Assembly (NCBI RefSeq): GCF_009914755.1
Contig: NC_060935.1
Source of the DNA: the human T2T-CHM13v2.0 reference genome, Homo sapiens
Strand: one strand, 5' to 3'
DNA: 64,000 nucleotides
The notes beneath the pieces are model-generated. The model had not been told where the DNA came from. It was given only the letters and a program-made list of their open reading frames with translations, and did no database searches. Shown here piece by piece: positions 52,788-64,000 of this stretch. The number at the start of each line of letters is the position of its first letter. Within the stretch, counting starts at the first letter, position 1. A program made the translations under genes and the position numbers.

Positions 52788-53992
52788 TTAAATGTCTTTC
52801 AAATGCCCCTGTCTTTCCTTTTTATACCCTCACACATCCCTCTGTCCTTTTCTACTTATTTTCTTCTTCTGGAAAAATTTCTCCGACTACTATTTGTATG
52901 CGTCAGAAACACAGAAATGGAAACACTAAAAGAGGGAAGGGGCCAGGCTGACAAAAAAAAAAAAAAAATACGAGTTTCTCCTGTTGTATCAGGTTTCATT
53001 GCTGTAACCTGATACAATTGGCTTCTCCTGGAAGTGGATCCCACTTAGAACAACTACACATCTGTGAAAGCAATGAAGGAGAAGAATGAGACTAAATGGA
53101 GAAAAATTGTTATCTACATTGCAATTAGATTTCTGTGCTTGCTATATTAACTGCAAGAGTAATTCTTCCCTTACCTAGCAAACTAAAATTAGGTTAATAT
53201 TCCACATGATTGTACTTGAAAAATTAAGCTATAGTGTAGCACAGATGGAATGATTTAACTAGCATCAGAAGAAGTATATAATTTATATTATGTAGGACAG
53301 TGCATATTGAGATTTATTCTAATGAAATGTCTGATTTTTTTTTCTTCTTTCATCTAAGATAGTTTTAATTATGTTGGTGGCAATGTCCAAATTAATTTAA
53401 CTGTTCTCCTTGAGATTCTGTAACTCTATTTTTATTAAAATAATAATGAGTAGCATAATGAATATCTTCTCTTATTACCACTCCTCATGGACTTTAAATT
53501 CTATACAGTTTATTTCTCATTGAGCTGTAGAGCTAGGAGCTATATAAAATATGGCATTTATTATTCTTCCAAACAGCTGACATAAATATTGGCAAATAAT
53601 CTCTGTTTTATTTTTGATAAAGAAAGAAATGTACTGGAATTACCATTAAAAACAATTTACTTGTAATCTAACCCCCACATTTTCCAAACAAGTCAAGAAA
53701 CATAATTGCCCAAATACACAAGTTAGTGATAGAGCCAGGAGTATAACTGAGCTCTCTCTCACCTGAACCTTATTCCAAGCTCTTACCATGACCCCGTATT
53801 GATTCTTTTTACATACATGTGTTTTATAGCTTGAATGAAAAATACGGAAGACTCCCGGATTTTAAGCTTGAATTCCTCGTAGCTTGCCCCAGGCCTGGGA
53901 TTGATTCTAAAACCTGCCAAAGTATAAACCAGTGATGGTCACTAAATCTCTTAAGAAGAAAAGTGTACCATGAACAGCTTTATCCAACAAGG

Positions 53993-54443
53993 AATATTAG
54001 TTTCCTGTTGCTACTGTAACAAGTTACCACAAACACAGTGTATTAAAAAAAAATTATTTTTTGACGTTCTCGTGGTTAAAAAGCCTAAAATAAGTTACAG
54101 TGGGCTAAAATCAGCAGATTTTGAAGGTCTGTGGGAGAAACCATTCCCTTGGCTTTTCCAGCTCCTAGAGGCCCGCTGCATTCCTTAGCTTATGGCCTGG
54201 CATCACTCCAGTCTCTTCTGCTGCTGCCACATTTTCTCCTCTGACTCTCATCCTCCTGCCTTCCTCTTATAAGAACCTTATGATTACTTTGTGCCCACTT
54301 ATATGATCCAAGATTATCTCCCCATCTCAAGACCTTAAATTTAATCACAAAATCCCCCATTCTGTAATGAAAGATAGCATATTTACAAATGCTAGGGATT
54401 AGGATGTGAACATCTTTCGAGAGCCATTATGCTGCCTATCACA
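53993..54443 (-). mobile_element. MLT1D/C-like solo LTR
   Basis: 'tattagtttcctgttgctactgtaacaagttaccacaaac...gggattaggatgtgaacatc...gcctatcaca'. Confidence 0.85.
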
Positions 54444-54964
54444 TAAGAATACTATAAGTCTATCAATTTTATGCCTTGGCCTGAGTCACTTCCTAACAAA
54501 TACGTGCTGTAATTACTGATATAGGGGAAGATGGAAGCAGTTCACATGTGTTTCCCCACCGCCATTCATTCTGTAATCTCATAATGAAAGAGCTATTTCT
54601 AAGAAATGTCACCTAAAGTTTAACCTGTAAAGTTAAATCAGCAATTCCCATCTGTAAGTTTTATTTGTCTTTGTCACATTTTCTAGGGGGTTTGAGATTG
54701 CTCCTATTCTACTCTGCAAAACCTGGAAAGAGTTGGGTATGACTATTCAAAAATGAATGTCTTCTGTAGACAACTGAGGTGATAGCAAAAAAAAAAAAAG
54801 TCTGTCAAAAGAGATTGCAGACTTTCTTAACTAGGCACAGCCTGAGTGCCTATATTACATGCTGAACACTCAGAGCTGTCAAGAAAGAATTCATGTATCC
54901 TAAAGCTCACCGCACATTCTATATGCAGTATCATGTTTTTTAAACAAAATCTTTTAAGCACAAA

Positions 54965-55710
54965 GAACTATTCAGGAACTCAACATGAATTTATTAAATG
55001 TTGACTCTCAGACATTGACCTATATTCTAGGATAAAAAAGTGAATCAGGCATAGTACCTATCTTAAAAGAAGGTATTGTTCAATGCAGTGGTTTTTAATG
55101 AACTAATCAGCATCACCTGAAAAGTTAAGAAAAATGCAAATTCTGCACCTCATTCAAGACCTACAGAGTCAGAAACTCTGGGGATAAAGCCCAGCCATTT
55201 TTGTTTCAGTAAGTCCTTCAGGTGATTCAAATGCATGGTAGCTTGAGACTACTGGGCTCATAAGTGAGCTAGAAATAGAAATATATTACAACACAATGTA
55301 ATCAATGTTTTAATAATGATGTTGCATATGCGATATGGAAACACAGTAAGGCAGTTATTGGGAAAATTATACAGGCTTTACATCCAAGGTGATGTGCACC
55401 TGGATGGGTAAGGGACTTTCTTAGGTTGTCCTTAGAATCTTGATAATGCTTTGAAATTGTTGAAGTTCAACATGGCTGATCTACATTGTGTGTGTCTGGG
55501 TAGAGTAAGGACTACTTGACAAACCTAGGAGTTAAAAGGAGTTAGATTTTGAAGGCTAAAATGAATGACGTGATCATATTTTCTTTTTAGTTAGAAGACT
55601 CTAGCACCAATATGAACATGGATCAGAGAAGATAGAAGATAGATATCTGTGATAAGGATATCAGATAAGAGCCTGGAATAAAATCAAAATGGCTAACAAA
55701 AAGGGCCTTA
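54965..55710 (-). mobile_element. L2 fragments with a MER5A insertion (about 55086-55254)
   Basis: 'gcatcacctg...aatgcaaattctgcacctc...agacctacagagtcagaaactctggg'. Confidence 0.6.
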
Positions 55711-55726
55711 ACTACGGGTGTCTAAT

Positions 55727-57300
55727 AATTTTTCTAAAATTTTAGAAACAAGCAGCAAAATTAAAAGAATTTTAAAGTGAACACACATATAAACATCATC
55801 TAGACATTACTATTAACATTTTCCTAAACTTGCTTTATCATGTATCCATCCATTCATCTATTACTGTAGCCAACCACCTATTAATTTTATTTTTTATCTA
55901 TCACAAAGTAAATTGAAAGCATCTCTTGACTTTTCACTGCATACATCAGCATTCATATTATTCCCCGGAGCTTAATATTTGTATGCGATTTTATCTTTTG
56001 TAGTATCATTTATGTACAATAAAATGCACAAATCTTAAATGTACATTAGCTACATTTTGACAAATGCCTATACCTGTTTGACTTGTATGACGATAGAAAA
56101 CCTTTCGTCACTCCAGAAAATTCTCTCATTCCACTGCCCAGTCATTCTCTATGTTCTGCCCCGGAGACAAACACTGCCTTGATATTTTTTTGACTATTAG
56201 TTTGGGCTACTCTAGGAATTTATATAAATGATATTATGCAATATATACTCTTTGTGCAAAGTGTGTTCCACTCAGTATAATGTTTTTGAGATTCATCTGT
56301 GTTGTGCGTATCATTAGCATGTTCCTTCTTATTGCACAATAATAATCCTTTGTATGAGTAATTATACCACAGTTTGTTCAAACGTTGGGTTGTTGGACAC
56401 CTGAGCTGTTTCTAGTGTTTGGTTAGTACTAATTAAATTTCCGTGAGCATTCTTATACAAATCTTTCATTTTTTACGGGTGGACGTTGTAAGAGTTAAAG
56501 AGGAAAGAAACATGAAAAGTAGCTGAACAGTCAAAGACACGTTTGTTTTGGAGGATAAACCTGAGAGGGGCTTCAGGAGCATTCTCTCTTACAGACTAAG
56601 AGTATTTAAGTGTTCAGGGCGAGTGGGCTTATCACAGGCTTGGAATGTTTCTGTGTCAGGGAAAAGTTTATTGTGGGGTTGCAATGTCTCTGGTCGGAGG
56701 GGAGGTTATCTCAGGGCTGGCATGTCTCTGGTTGGGGAGGGGTTTATCTTAGGGTTGAATGTTTCTAGTCGGAGATGGCATTTGTGATTTATGGTCATGC
56801 TGACATTAGCCATTAGGCTGATGCCCTTTGGGTTGGATTTAGGTGGTTTTTGATCAAGAGGAACTTTAAAATGGTGGTGCTTGTCCAAGATGGTGATGCT
56901 CCTGCTCTGTCAGTTATACATTATGTTTTATAAGAAATTATCAATAATGTTTCAAAGTTATTGTACTCCATTTATACTCCCACCTAACAATGTAGGAGGA
57001 TCCCAGTTACTCCACATCCTTACCAGCATTTGTATTTGTCAGTCTTTTAGGTTTTAGCCATTCTGAAGGTTATGTAGAGGTATCTATTTGTGATTGTAAT
57101 TTGCATTTTCCTAATGAGAAATGAGATTGAGCATTTCTTCATGTACTTATTGGTTATTTGTATATCTCATTTTGTGAAGTTTCTGCTCAAAACTTTGGCC
57201 CATTCTTATCGGGTTGTTTGTCTTTTACTCTTAGTTGTAAGAGTTCTTTATATATATTATACTAGACATAGGTCCTTTGACAGATATATATTTTGTGATG
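55727..57300 (-). mobile_element. L1ME-like 3' end split by an LTR
   Basis: 'aaaatgcacaaatcttaaatgtaca', 'ttttgagattcatc' and 'taatttgcattttcctaatg'. Confidence 0.8.
56487..56912 (-). mobile_element. LTR19-family solo LTR (ERV1)
   Basis: The right end reverses to 'tgacagagcaggagcatcaccatcttggacaagc'; internal tandem subrepeats. Confidence 0.75.
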
Positions 57301-59349
57301 CTTAATAATTTGAGAGTCAGCATGTTTAATTAATCTTAGTATTGGCTGCCTAAAGTTTATTGAGGTAAATTTTGAGATTGTAGACAGATTGAGCAGGAAA
57401 GGATTCATGATCACTTAACACTTACCATGTAGACAAGAAAAAAAAAACTAAACTTATATTCTTGTTCTTGACCAACACAGTGTCAGTGCAGATAGAATGG
57501 AAACAAATTTCTGAGGCAAAATACTGAGAATCTGATCACAGTACAGATGATGGAACAGAAGGAAATAGAAGAGTTGAGTAAGATTCTAGATTACTAGCTC
57601 ATAAGAATAGGTGGGTTCAATTATAACAATACAAATAAAGAAGAAGTAAATATAATGAGTTTGGTATGATACTTGTTATATTTGAGATCAATTTGGGCAT
57701 AGATGTCTGCTGAGGAGTATAGATGTCTAATGGGGAGCTGGATTTAAAGGTCTAGAAAATCCTTATGAGAGAGCTATTCCCCCCTCATTTGACAGATTAA
57801 GAAACTTGATGTCCTAGAGAGGAAGAGAGACTGTATCAAAATCTCAATGGCAGCTCTAGGTCTAGATCCACGTTTCTTGCTCCTTCGTCTTGTATTTTCC
57901 CTACCAGGCAACCCACAGATGACATTCTCACAGCTGAAGTCAGAATATTAGTGCAGGAACAAAACTTTATTTGGTAAACCTTTAAATCTTTTCCCCAAAG
58001 AGCAGCACACCATTGGGAAAAATACTAGATGTATTCTGCAGTTGATTAGCTGGTTTAATTCACCTGTGGTAACTAGAGGTACAAACTGCATGATGTTTCA
58101 AATGATGCCTGGTGTAGTTCAAAGTCCTCTGGATCTTCACCTTTTGCTATTAAAAAAAATTAAGATTTGACGCTCAATATGATGCAGCTTAATTGACTAC
58201 CTGATATCAAAACAACTTGCCAAAAAAACAGGTGTTTCCTAAAGCAGATGCAAGGGGAGACAAAAACATAGCTGTTGTGATCCTATATTGAAGCACTGTT
58301 GGCTTCTCACATGGAGGCAGAAGAGACAAGAAGTGCCATTTCATCTTATTTCAGATTTAAATGTCAACAATTTCACATCTACTATTCTTGCAAAAGCCTT
58401 GAACTCCACTTCTTAATACCTAAAGCCAAGACCAATGACTTCTCAGTAGGCTAGGCCCCATCCACCAAACCTACCAACCTCTAGATTCCAAGCATTTCTA
58501 AAGTCAACTTGTATGTAAGAGTTCTCTTAAGAATTCTGGGACTTAAAGAGAAAGTTCCTGAATATGACTTTATTGTAGGGAATGCTATCAATTTGAGCTA
58601 GAAGATATCTCACATTCACAAATAATAAACGAAATAACAGATATACTGGGGAAGAGTTGATGTTATGCATGTGGCAACAAAAATTAAAATACTCTAGCTC
58701 CTATTAATGTAGTATCCCACCACTCAGTATAGGAGTAGAGAACTTCTTTAAATTGAGATTCCAAATGAGAATTAAATAAGAATCCTTACTAAATACTCAG
58801 GAATCCCAGACCCTCATCTGAAATCACTCATTTTCCTGTTCAGCGTATGGCACACCAGTTTGGAACTGCTACCTTAGATGTGATTCTTCCTCCTTTTTCC
58901 CTCATTTGTAACTCAAATAGAAACAAGTTCTCAGTGATTGTACTTTTAAAATCGTAATAATACATTTGAGGAATTATTTTCTTTATCGCATCATAGCACC
59001 AGTGTTCTGGATTTCTTCATTATTATCTAGGTCCAAAAATTTACTTAACAAATATTTTAAGTGCCAACTGTGGATCATGCATGGTCCTGGGTTCAGGGTA
59101 TAAAGTGATAAATATGAGAAGGAAATGGTACCGTGGGGTTTACATTCTACTGGATAATAACCCATATTTATATAGTGCCTATTCTGTGCTAGTCATGCCC
59201 CAAGTGGGTTACATATATTGTGTTAACATCATGTAATCTTTACTACACTCTAGTACTTCATTACACAGATAAGGAAACCAGAGGACAGAGAGGTTAAATA
59301 ACATGCTCAAAGTCAGAGAGCAAACATCAGCTGGAGTACAAACTCCTTT

Positions 59350-60295
59350 CTATTCTATCCATACTCATTGCCATGGGAATTTCATCTAGTCTCATGTCGT
59401 TAAACATTTATGCAGCAGTGACCCCCAATTGATATCTCACTTATATGTCTCCTGAATTTCAGGTGCATAGATCCCATTGCCCATCCAATTTATCCACTTG
59501 GATTTCTAACAGATTTCAGTTGATAATGTAACTAATTGATCTCTTGATACACCTCCCGGACCCGTGCCCTAAAATTACTCCACTTGCAATAGGCTTTATC
59601 TCAATTGGCAACAACTGCATCTTTCTAGTTGCTCAGAATCCCCTGTTTCTATGACACCTCATGTACAATCCGTCTTGGCTCTACATTACAAAATTTCTGG
59701 CACTTTGCAGCAGCTCCACTGCTACCACCCTAGCATGAGCCACATCATCTCTCCCCTGAATTCTGCGGTGGCTTCCTAACTTGTGTCTCTGCTTCCAGTC
59801 TTGCCTCCATATCACAGCCTGATAATCTTTCTAAATTTTTTCAAGTCCATCAACTTTGAAGTCATCTCTGATCACTCTGCTTTAGCAATGCTGGCCTTCT
59901 CGGTCTCCATTGAACAGACAGGCTCTCACCTTGGGGCCTTTGCACAGTCTCTGGCACCTACTGACATGTTCTTTCTTCAGGCATCCACACACTAAATCTT
60001 GCACTTTTTACAAGCCTTCATTCAAATGTTATATTCTCCAAGAAGTCTATCCTGTACTTGGTATTTAAAATTATAACATCCCTTTCCCTCGGTATTTCTA
60101 TTCCTGCTCCAATTTTTTTGACACTTATTCCTTTTGTCTTCTAAGACATTATATAATTTATTTATTTAGTCTATCTTCGCCTACGTGACTGTAGGCCCCA
60201 AGAGGACAGCAATTCTTGTCTGTTTTGTTCATTAATGTATCTTGATAACCTACAATGTCTAATATCTAATAGCTGCTCGGTAAGTAATTCTTGTT
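59350..60295 (+). mobile_element. L2a remnant
   Basis: 'tatccacttggatttctaacag...tttctagttgctcag...gggcctttgcac...ttgtctgttttgttcatt'. Confidence 0.75.
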
Positions 60296-60309
60296 TTAAT
60301 TTAAACAGA

Positions 60310-60640
60310 GGCATTTATAAAAAGTCATGTGGAACAGCATTCCAAAGTTAGAAACAATTAGAGAAAGGAACTTGGGTGGCTATGAGCTTGGCAGCTTCTT
60401 GAACTGAAAGATCAATGTAACTGCAGCCCAGTAACTCAATAGGAAAGTGGTATGAAGCTGTGCTGCTGGGGCAGGAGGGGCAAAACTGTGGAGGGCTTTG
60501 TAGGCCACAGTGAGAAGTGTGGGCTTCATTTTTAGTGTTGCATGAATCACCCAGAGGTCTTAAGCAGAGTAGAGACATAACTGAGTTTATATTTTAAAAA
60601 TATATTGGGTGCTGTACGCAGGGTCAGTTGTAGGGAGGCA
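60310..60640 (-). mobile_element. L2 fragment
   Basis: 'gagggctttgtaggccacagtgagaagtgtgggcttcatt...ttaagcagag'. Confidence 0.6.
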
Positions 60641-60654
60641 AAATTTAACATAGG

Positions 60655-61020
60655 CTGGTGGCATTTTTAAAAATTAAGACTATTTTGGAAAACTATTTGA
60701 CATTATCTTCTAAAATTGAACTTAGATGTGTCATAGACTCTGCAATTCCATGCTTAGTTATAACAAATATACGTATTAACCTGGGCACTAAAAAGACAGG
60801 CACAAGAAGGTTCATGACAGCATCGTTCATAACAGATGAAAATTAGAATCAGCCCAAATGACCTCAAGAGTAAAATGGATAATTAAATTGTGACACATTC
60901 ATACAATGGAATATGGCATGGCAGAAAAAAGACCCTCAGCTCCCGCTGTGAGGAACTGTGAAAATTGATCTCACAATGTCTTTCAGCAAAAAAAGCTCAA
61001 CACTAAAGAATACATACTTA
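60655..61020 (+). mobile_element. L1MC/ME 3' fragment
   Basis: 'ctattttggaaaactatttgaca...gcaattcca...cacattcatacaatggaata'. Confidence 0.7.
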
Positions 61021-62920
61021 TGACAACTAGTCTCCAGAGATGGCCCCTCAATGAACTAGGCCTCTAGGAATTCACATTTTTATATAATTCCCTACAGCAT
61101 TGAATTCAGCCTCAGTTGGGACTAACTTAAACCCACAGATTATGGTAGAAGTGACATGTGCCAGTTCTAAGCCTAAGCCTTAAGAAGGCTTATTAATTTC
61201 CACTTTTGTGCATTTGGGAATTCTGACCTGCATGTAATGCAAAATCAGCTATCCTGCTGAAAAGACCACTTGGACAGGCCCCATGATAAGGCCACATGGA
61301 AAAGAGAGACCCTGGGACTACTTTGTGGGGGAAATACCCAGATGTCCCACGTGACATCAGCTGCCATCTGACTGTTAGCACATGAGAGAGCCAAGGCAAG
61401 AACCACCCAGCTAAGTCCAGCCAACTTTCAGAACAATGGGAGAACCATGTTGTTTTAAGCCACTAAGTTTTCAGATGGTTTGTTGGAAAGCAATAAATAA
61501 TAAAAACATAAATTAGAACATATTTATTAGAGGAGAGTTCTGTTTACAATATAAACTGCTGTAACAAAAACCTAAACATGTAGCATTGGCTTTGGTAATG
61601 GGCAGCATTTGGAGGCCAGAAGGCCTAAGCCTTACTGTTAAAGGAGGCTGCAAGGACAAGGAGGCTGCAATAATGGTGACCCTTGGAATGCAAGGACGAA
61701 TAGTTTGGCAGCACTGTCATCTGTGGTAACATAGAAAATAGAAAATATATCTAATAAATTGTGCATATTTGGTTAAGGAGATTGCTAGGCATAATGTTAA
61801 AAGTGCCAACAATTTTCCTTTAGCCGTACTTAATCAGATACGAATACAGAAAAAGATTAGGAACTATTCAATTTTCAACAAGATAAACATTTCCATGTCA
61901 AGACTTTCTGGGTCCCTGGCAAAATACTCTAAAAGGAAGAAAGGGCCTTAGGGGGAATATCAAACCCAGTGTTTTTCATTTAAAATGTGATCTCAGGGTA
62001 AATATCTCAAGATCCTTTTTTTAAGATCTCAGAAAAAATGAAGATGGTGCCCCAAAGGCCCCCTCAGCTAGATGTAGGGCTTTTAAAATCCTAAAGGTAC
62101 TGTTTCATAATATTCTGCCATAGCAGTTACTTAATCCAACATAGAAAGAGACCTGTCTTACAGAGATACGTGGGTATGGCTTTTGTCTCATGCTATAAAT
62201 TATAATTTGAATTACAAGAAAACCCACAAAGTTTTAAAAAGAACTTACATAATTTTGAACTGAAAAGGAAAGAAGAGAAGCCATTTGAAATAGAAGAAAA
62301 AAAAAGCAAACCAAAAGGTCTTTGGGCCCCTAAATTCTGACGGGAGGGAGCAAACCAAGAAAACAAACATGAATTTTTTATTAAAAAAGGAAGAATGACT
62401 CAGAAGCTGGAGCCAAAAGCTCTGAGGGTAGAACTAAGAGGGGAAAACCACTTCCAGGGAACAGAAATGGGCATTTATCAGGAGCTGGCAACAGGTGCCT
62501 GGTGAAAATCTGGAGTTCAGATTTGTTATGAAGGAGTGACTGCTGTGTGCTTGCTGGTTTTCCATTCTCTTTTTAAATGGAAGTGTCTACTGTGGTCCTT
62601 TCACTGCAGTCTCATCACTGTATGTTGGTGGTGGATGAAAAGTGGGGAGAGAACATCTCTTTAGTTCACATGTCTTCAGCCTGAGAGAAGTCATACTCAG
62701 AGAGCCTTATCAACACCTGGACCTAATTTAAAAGACAAGGTCCTAAAATCCAACCCTTAGCCTGATGCTATATCAGAATGAGATCTGAGAATGGGACATG
62801 GTGGGTGCATTTTACATGTGGGAATGACATGACTCATTGGGGGCCATGTGGCAAACTGGTAGCCATCCAAAGATGGCTCCCCAGTGAATACTTCCTGATG
62901 TTTACGCTCTTGTACAGTAA
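61021..62920 (+). mobile_element. Near-complete MLT1 (F/G/H-like) MaLR: 5' LTR, internal region, start of 3' LTR
   Basis: LTR 'ctccagagatggcccctcaatga...gttttaagccactaagttt' at about 61021-61500; MLT-int 'gctgtaacaaaaacctaaacatgtagcattggcttt'; second LTR start 'tccaaagatggctccccagtga' at about 62860. Confidence 0.7.
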
Positions 62921-63259
62921 TTTTCAGGATCTCTTTCTCTGATTATCCTTTACTTAGCATCGTGTTCTTGGTTTATGGATGCAATAATCTTCTTAATCTG
63001 TCTAGAGATACTAATTTGAGTTACTCTCATATAAAGTGATGCTCCCTCTCACACCCTGAATTAGCTCTTATTCCATTTGGAATCATTTTCTTCTATATGT
63101 GTGTGTATTTTTTTTCATGTTGCAACCTTTCCTCAAATAATAGTTGATGTTAGGTTGCCCATATATACTTAAGGATTAGATACTAAAACTGACTGAAACA
63201 ATGGATGGAGCTTGTCAGTTAGCAAGGCTTCATTTTCAGATCATCATTTGTTCCTGCCA

Positions 63260-63640
63260 CAAAGCCTTGTACTGGTTGCTCCTCCTACCTGGGAATTGCT
63301 TGAGAGGATATTTGCACAGCTAATTTCTTTGGGTCATTTTAGTATCATTTGAAATATCCCATATTCAGCAATGCCTTGTCTGACAAAAGTATTAGTATTT
63401 AATGTTACCTACTACTAACACCTCCCCTCAACCAGGTACATGCTCTCTCTACATTATATTTTCTGAAGACTGATTACTATTTTAAATGGTCCTTTTGGTT
63501 GACTTGTTTGGCTGTCTTTTGTACTAGAAAGTAAAACTGTGAGGGCAAAGGTCTCATCAGCTTTGTTCGCCACAATGTCCCAACACCTAGAACAAGGCAC
63601 TGGATGTTGCATGTTCTTAATAAAAATTCATTGAATCGGT
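63260..63640 (+). mobile_element. L2 3' end
   Basis: 'gtaaaactgtgagggcaaagg...ctttgttcgccacaatgtcccaacacctagaaca...taataaaaattcattgaat'. Confidence 0.65.
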
Positions 63641-64000
63641 GATTGAGACCCAGGCAGCCGCCTTGTTCTGGAAGTCTCGCACACGTATCTTAACTCCCAT
63701 TGTCCAGTAAACCCTCTCAGTGCTCTAACGAAACTTTAGGAAACTGACTTTGAAAAGTCTCAATAAAAACAGTTAAAGTCCACTATGAAACTCTCTCCTT
63801 ATGGAATTACTACTAAATCACACAAATCCAGGCCAAGGAGACTATTTTCAGCAGCGTTTTTATAAGAAAGATCATCTCATACACCAATTGTCCTTTTCCT
63901 ATAGAGCAGAATGAGGCATGGAAAAAAGAACACTAGAATTAGGTCAGAACACCCGGGTTTGAGTCTGGGTTCTGTCACTTATTAGTTGTATGATCTTATT

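Noticed and set aside
58095-58110. HNF4/DR1-like AGTTCAAAGTCC (and CAAAGTCCA at about 34141)
   Set aside because: Single short motifs are expected by chance in 64 kb.
61641-61670. Short direct repeat AAGGAGGCTGCAA x2 (also about 57698-57730)
   Set aside because: Ordinary slippage duplications inside decayed repeats.

Overview
AT-rich, CpG-poor, non-coding DNA from a simian primate (human-like: it carries AluS/AluY, THE1, MST and L1PB). By eye, roughly half or more is interspersed repeat: L1PB/L1MA/L1MB/L1ME, L2, MIR, nine Alus, MaLR and ERV1 solo LTRs, one near-complete MLT1 element, and hAT MITEs (MER5, MER33, MER58, MER63, MER81, MER94). Many insertions have readable target-site duplications and are nested up to three deep. 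I cannot support any protein-coding gene, CpG island or structural RNA gene. The only ORFs with recognisable products are broken L1 ORF1/ORF2 pieces. I found no convincing new biological system. The best second-look items are: a pre-miRNA-sized fold-back created inside an MST LTR (35207-35281); a 24-bp perfect palindrome in a CAGCTG E-box cluster next to a DUX4-site THE1 LTR (about 49.0-50.4 kb); a triplicated MIR B-box (44001-44064); a templated insertion copied from 2.1 kb away (12642); an L1PB with a fold-back deletion scar (3531-3672); and several exon-like units that suggest an unannotated or non-coding spliced transcript. Subfamily names come from recalled consensus sequences, and boundaries without TSDs are approximate.
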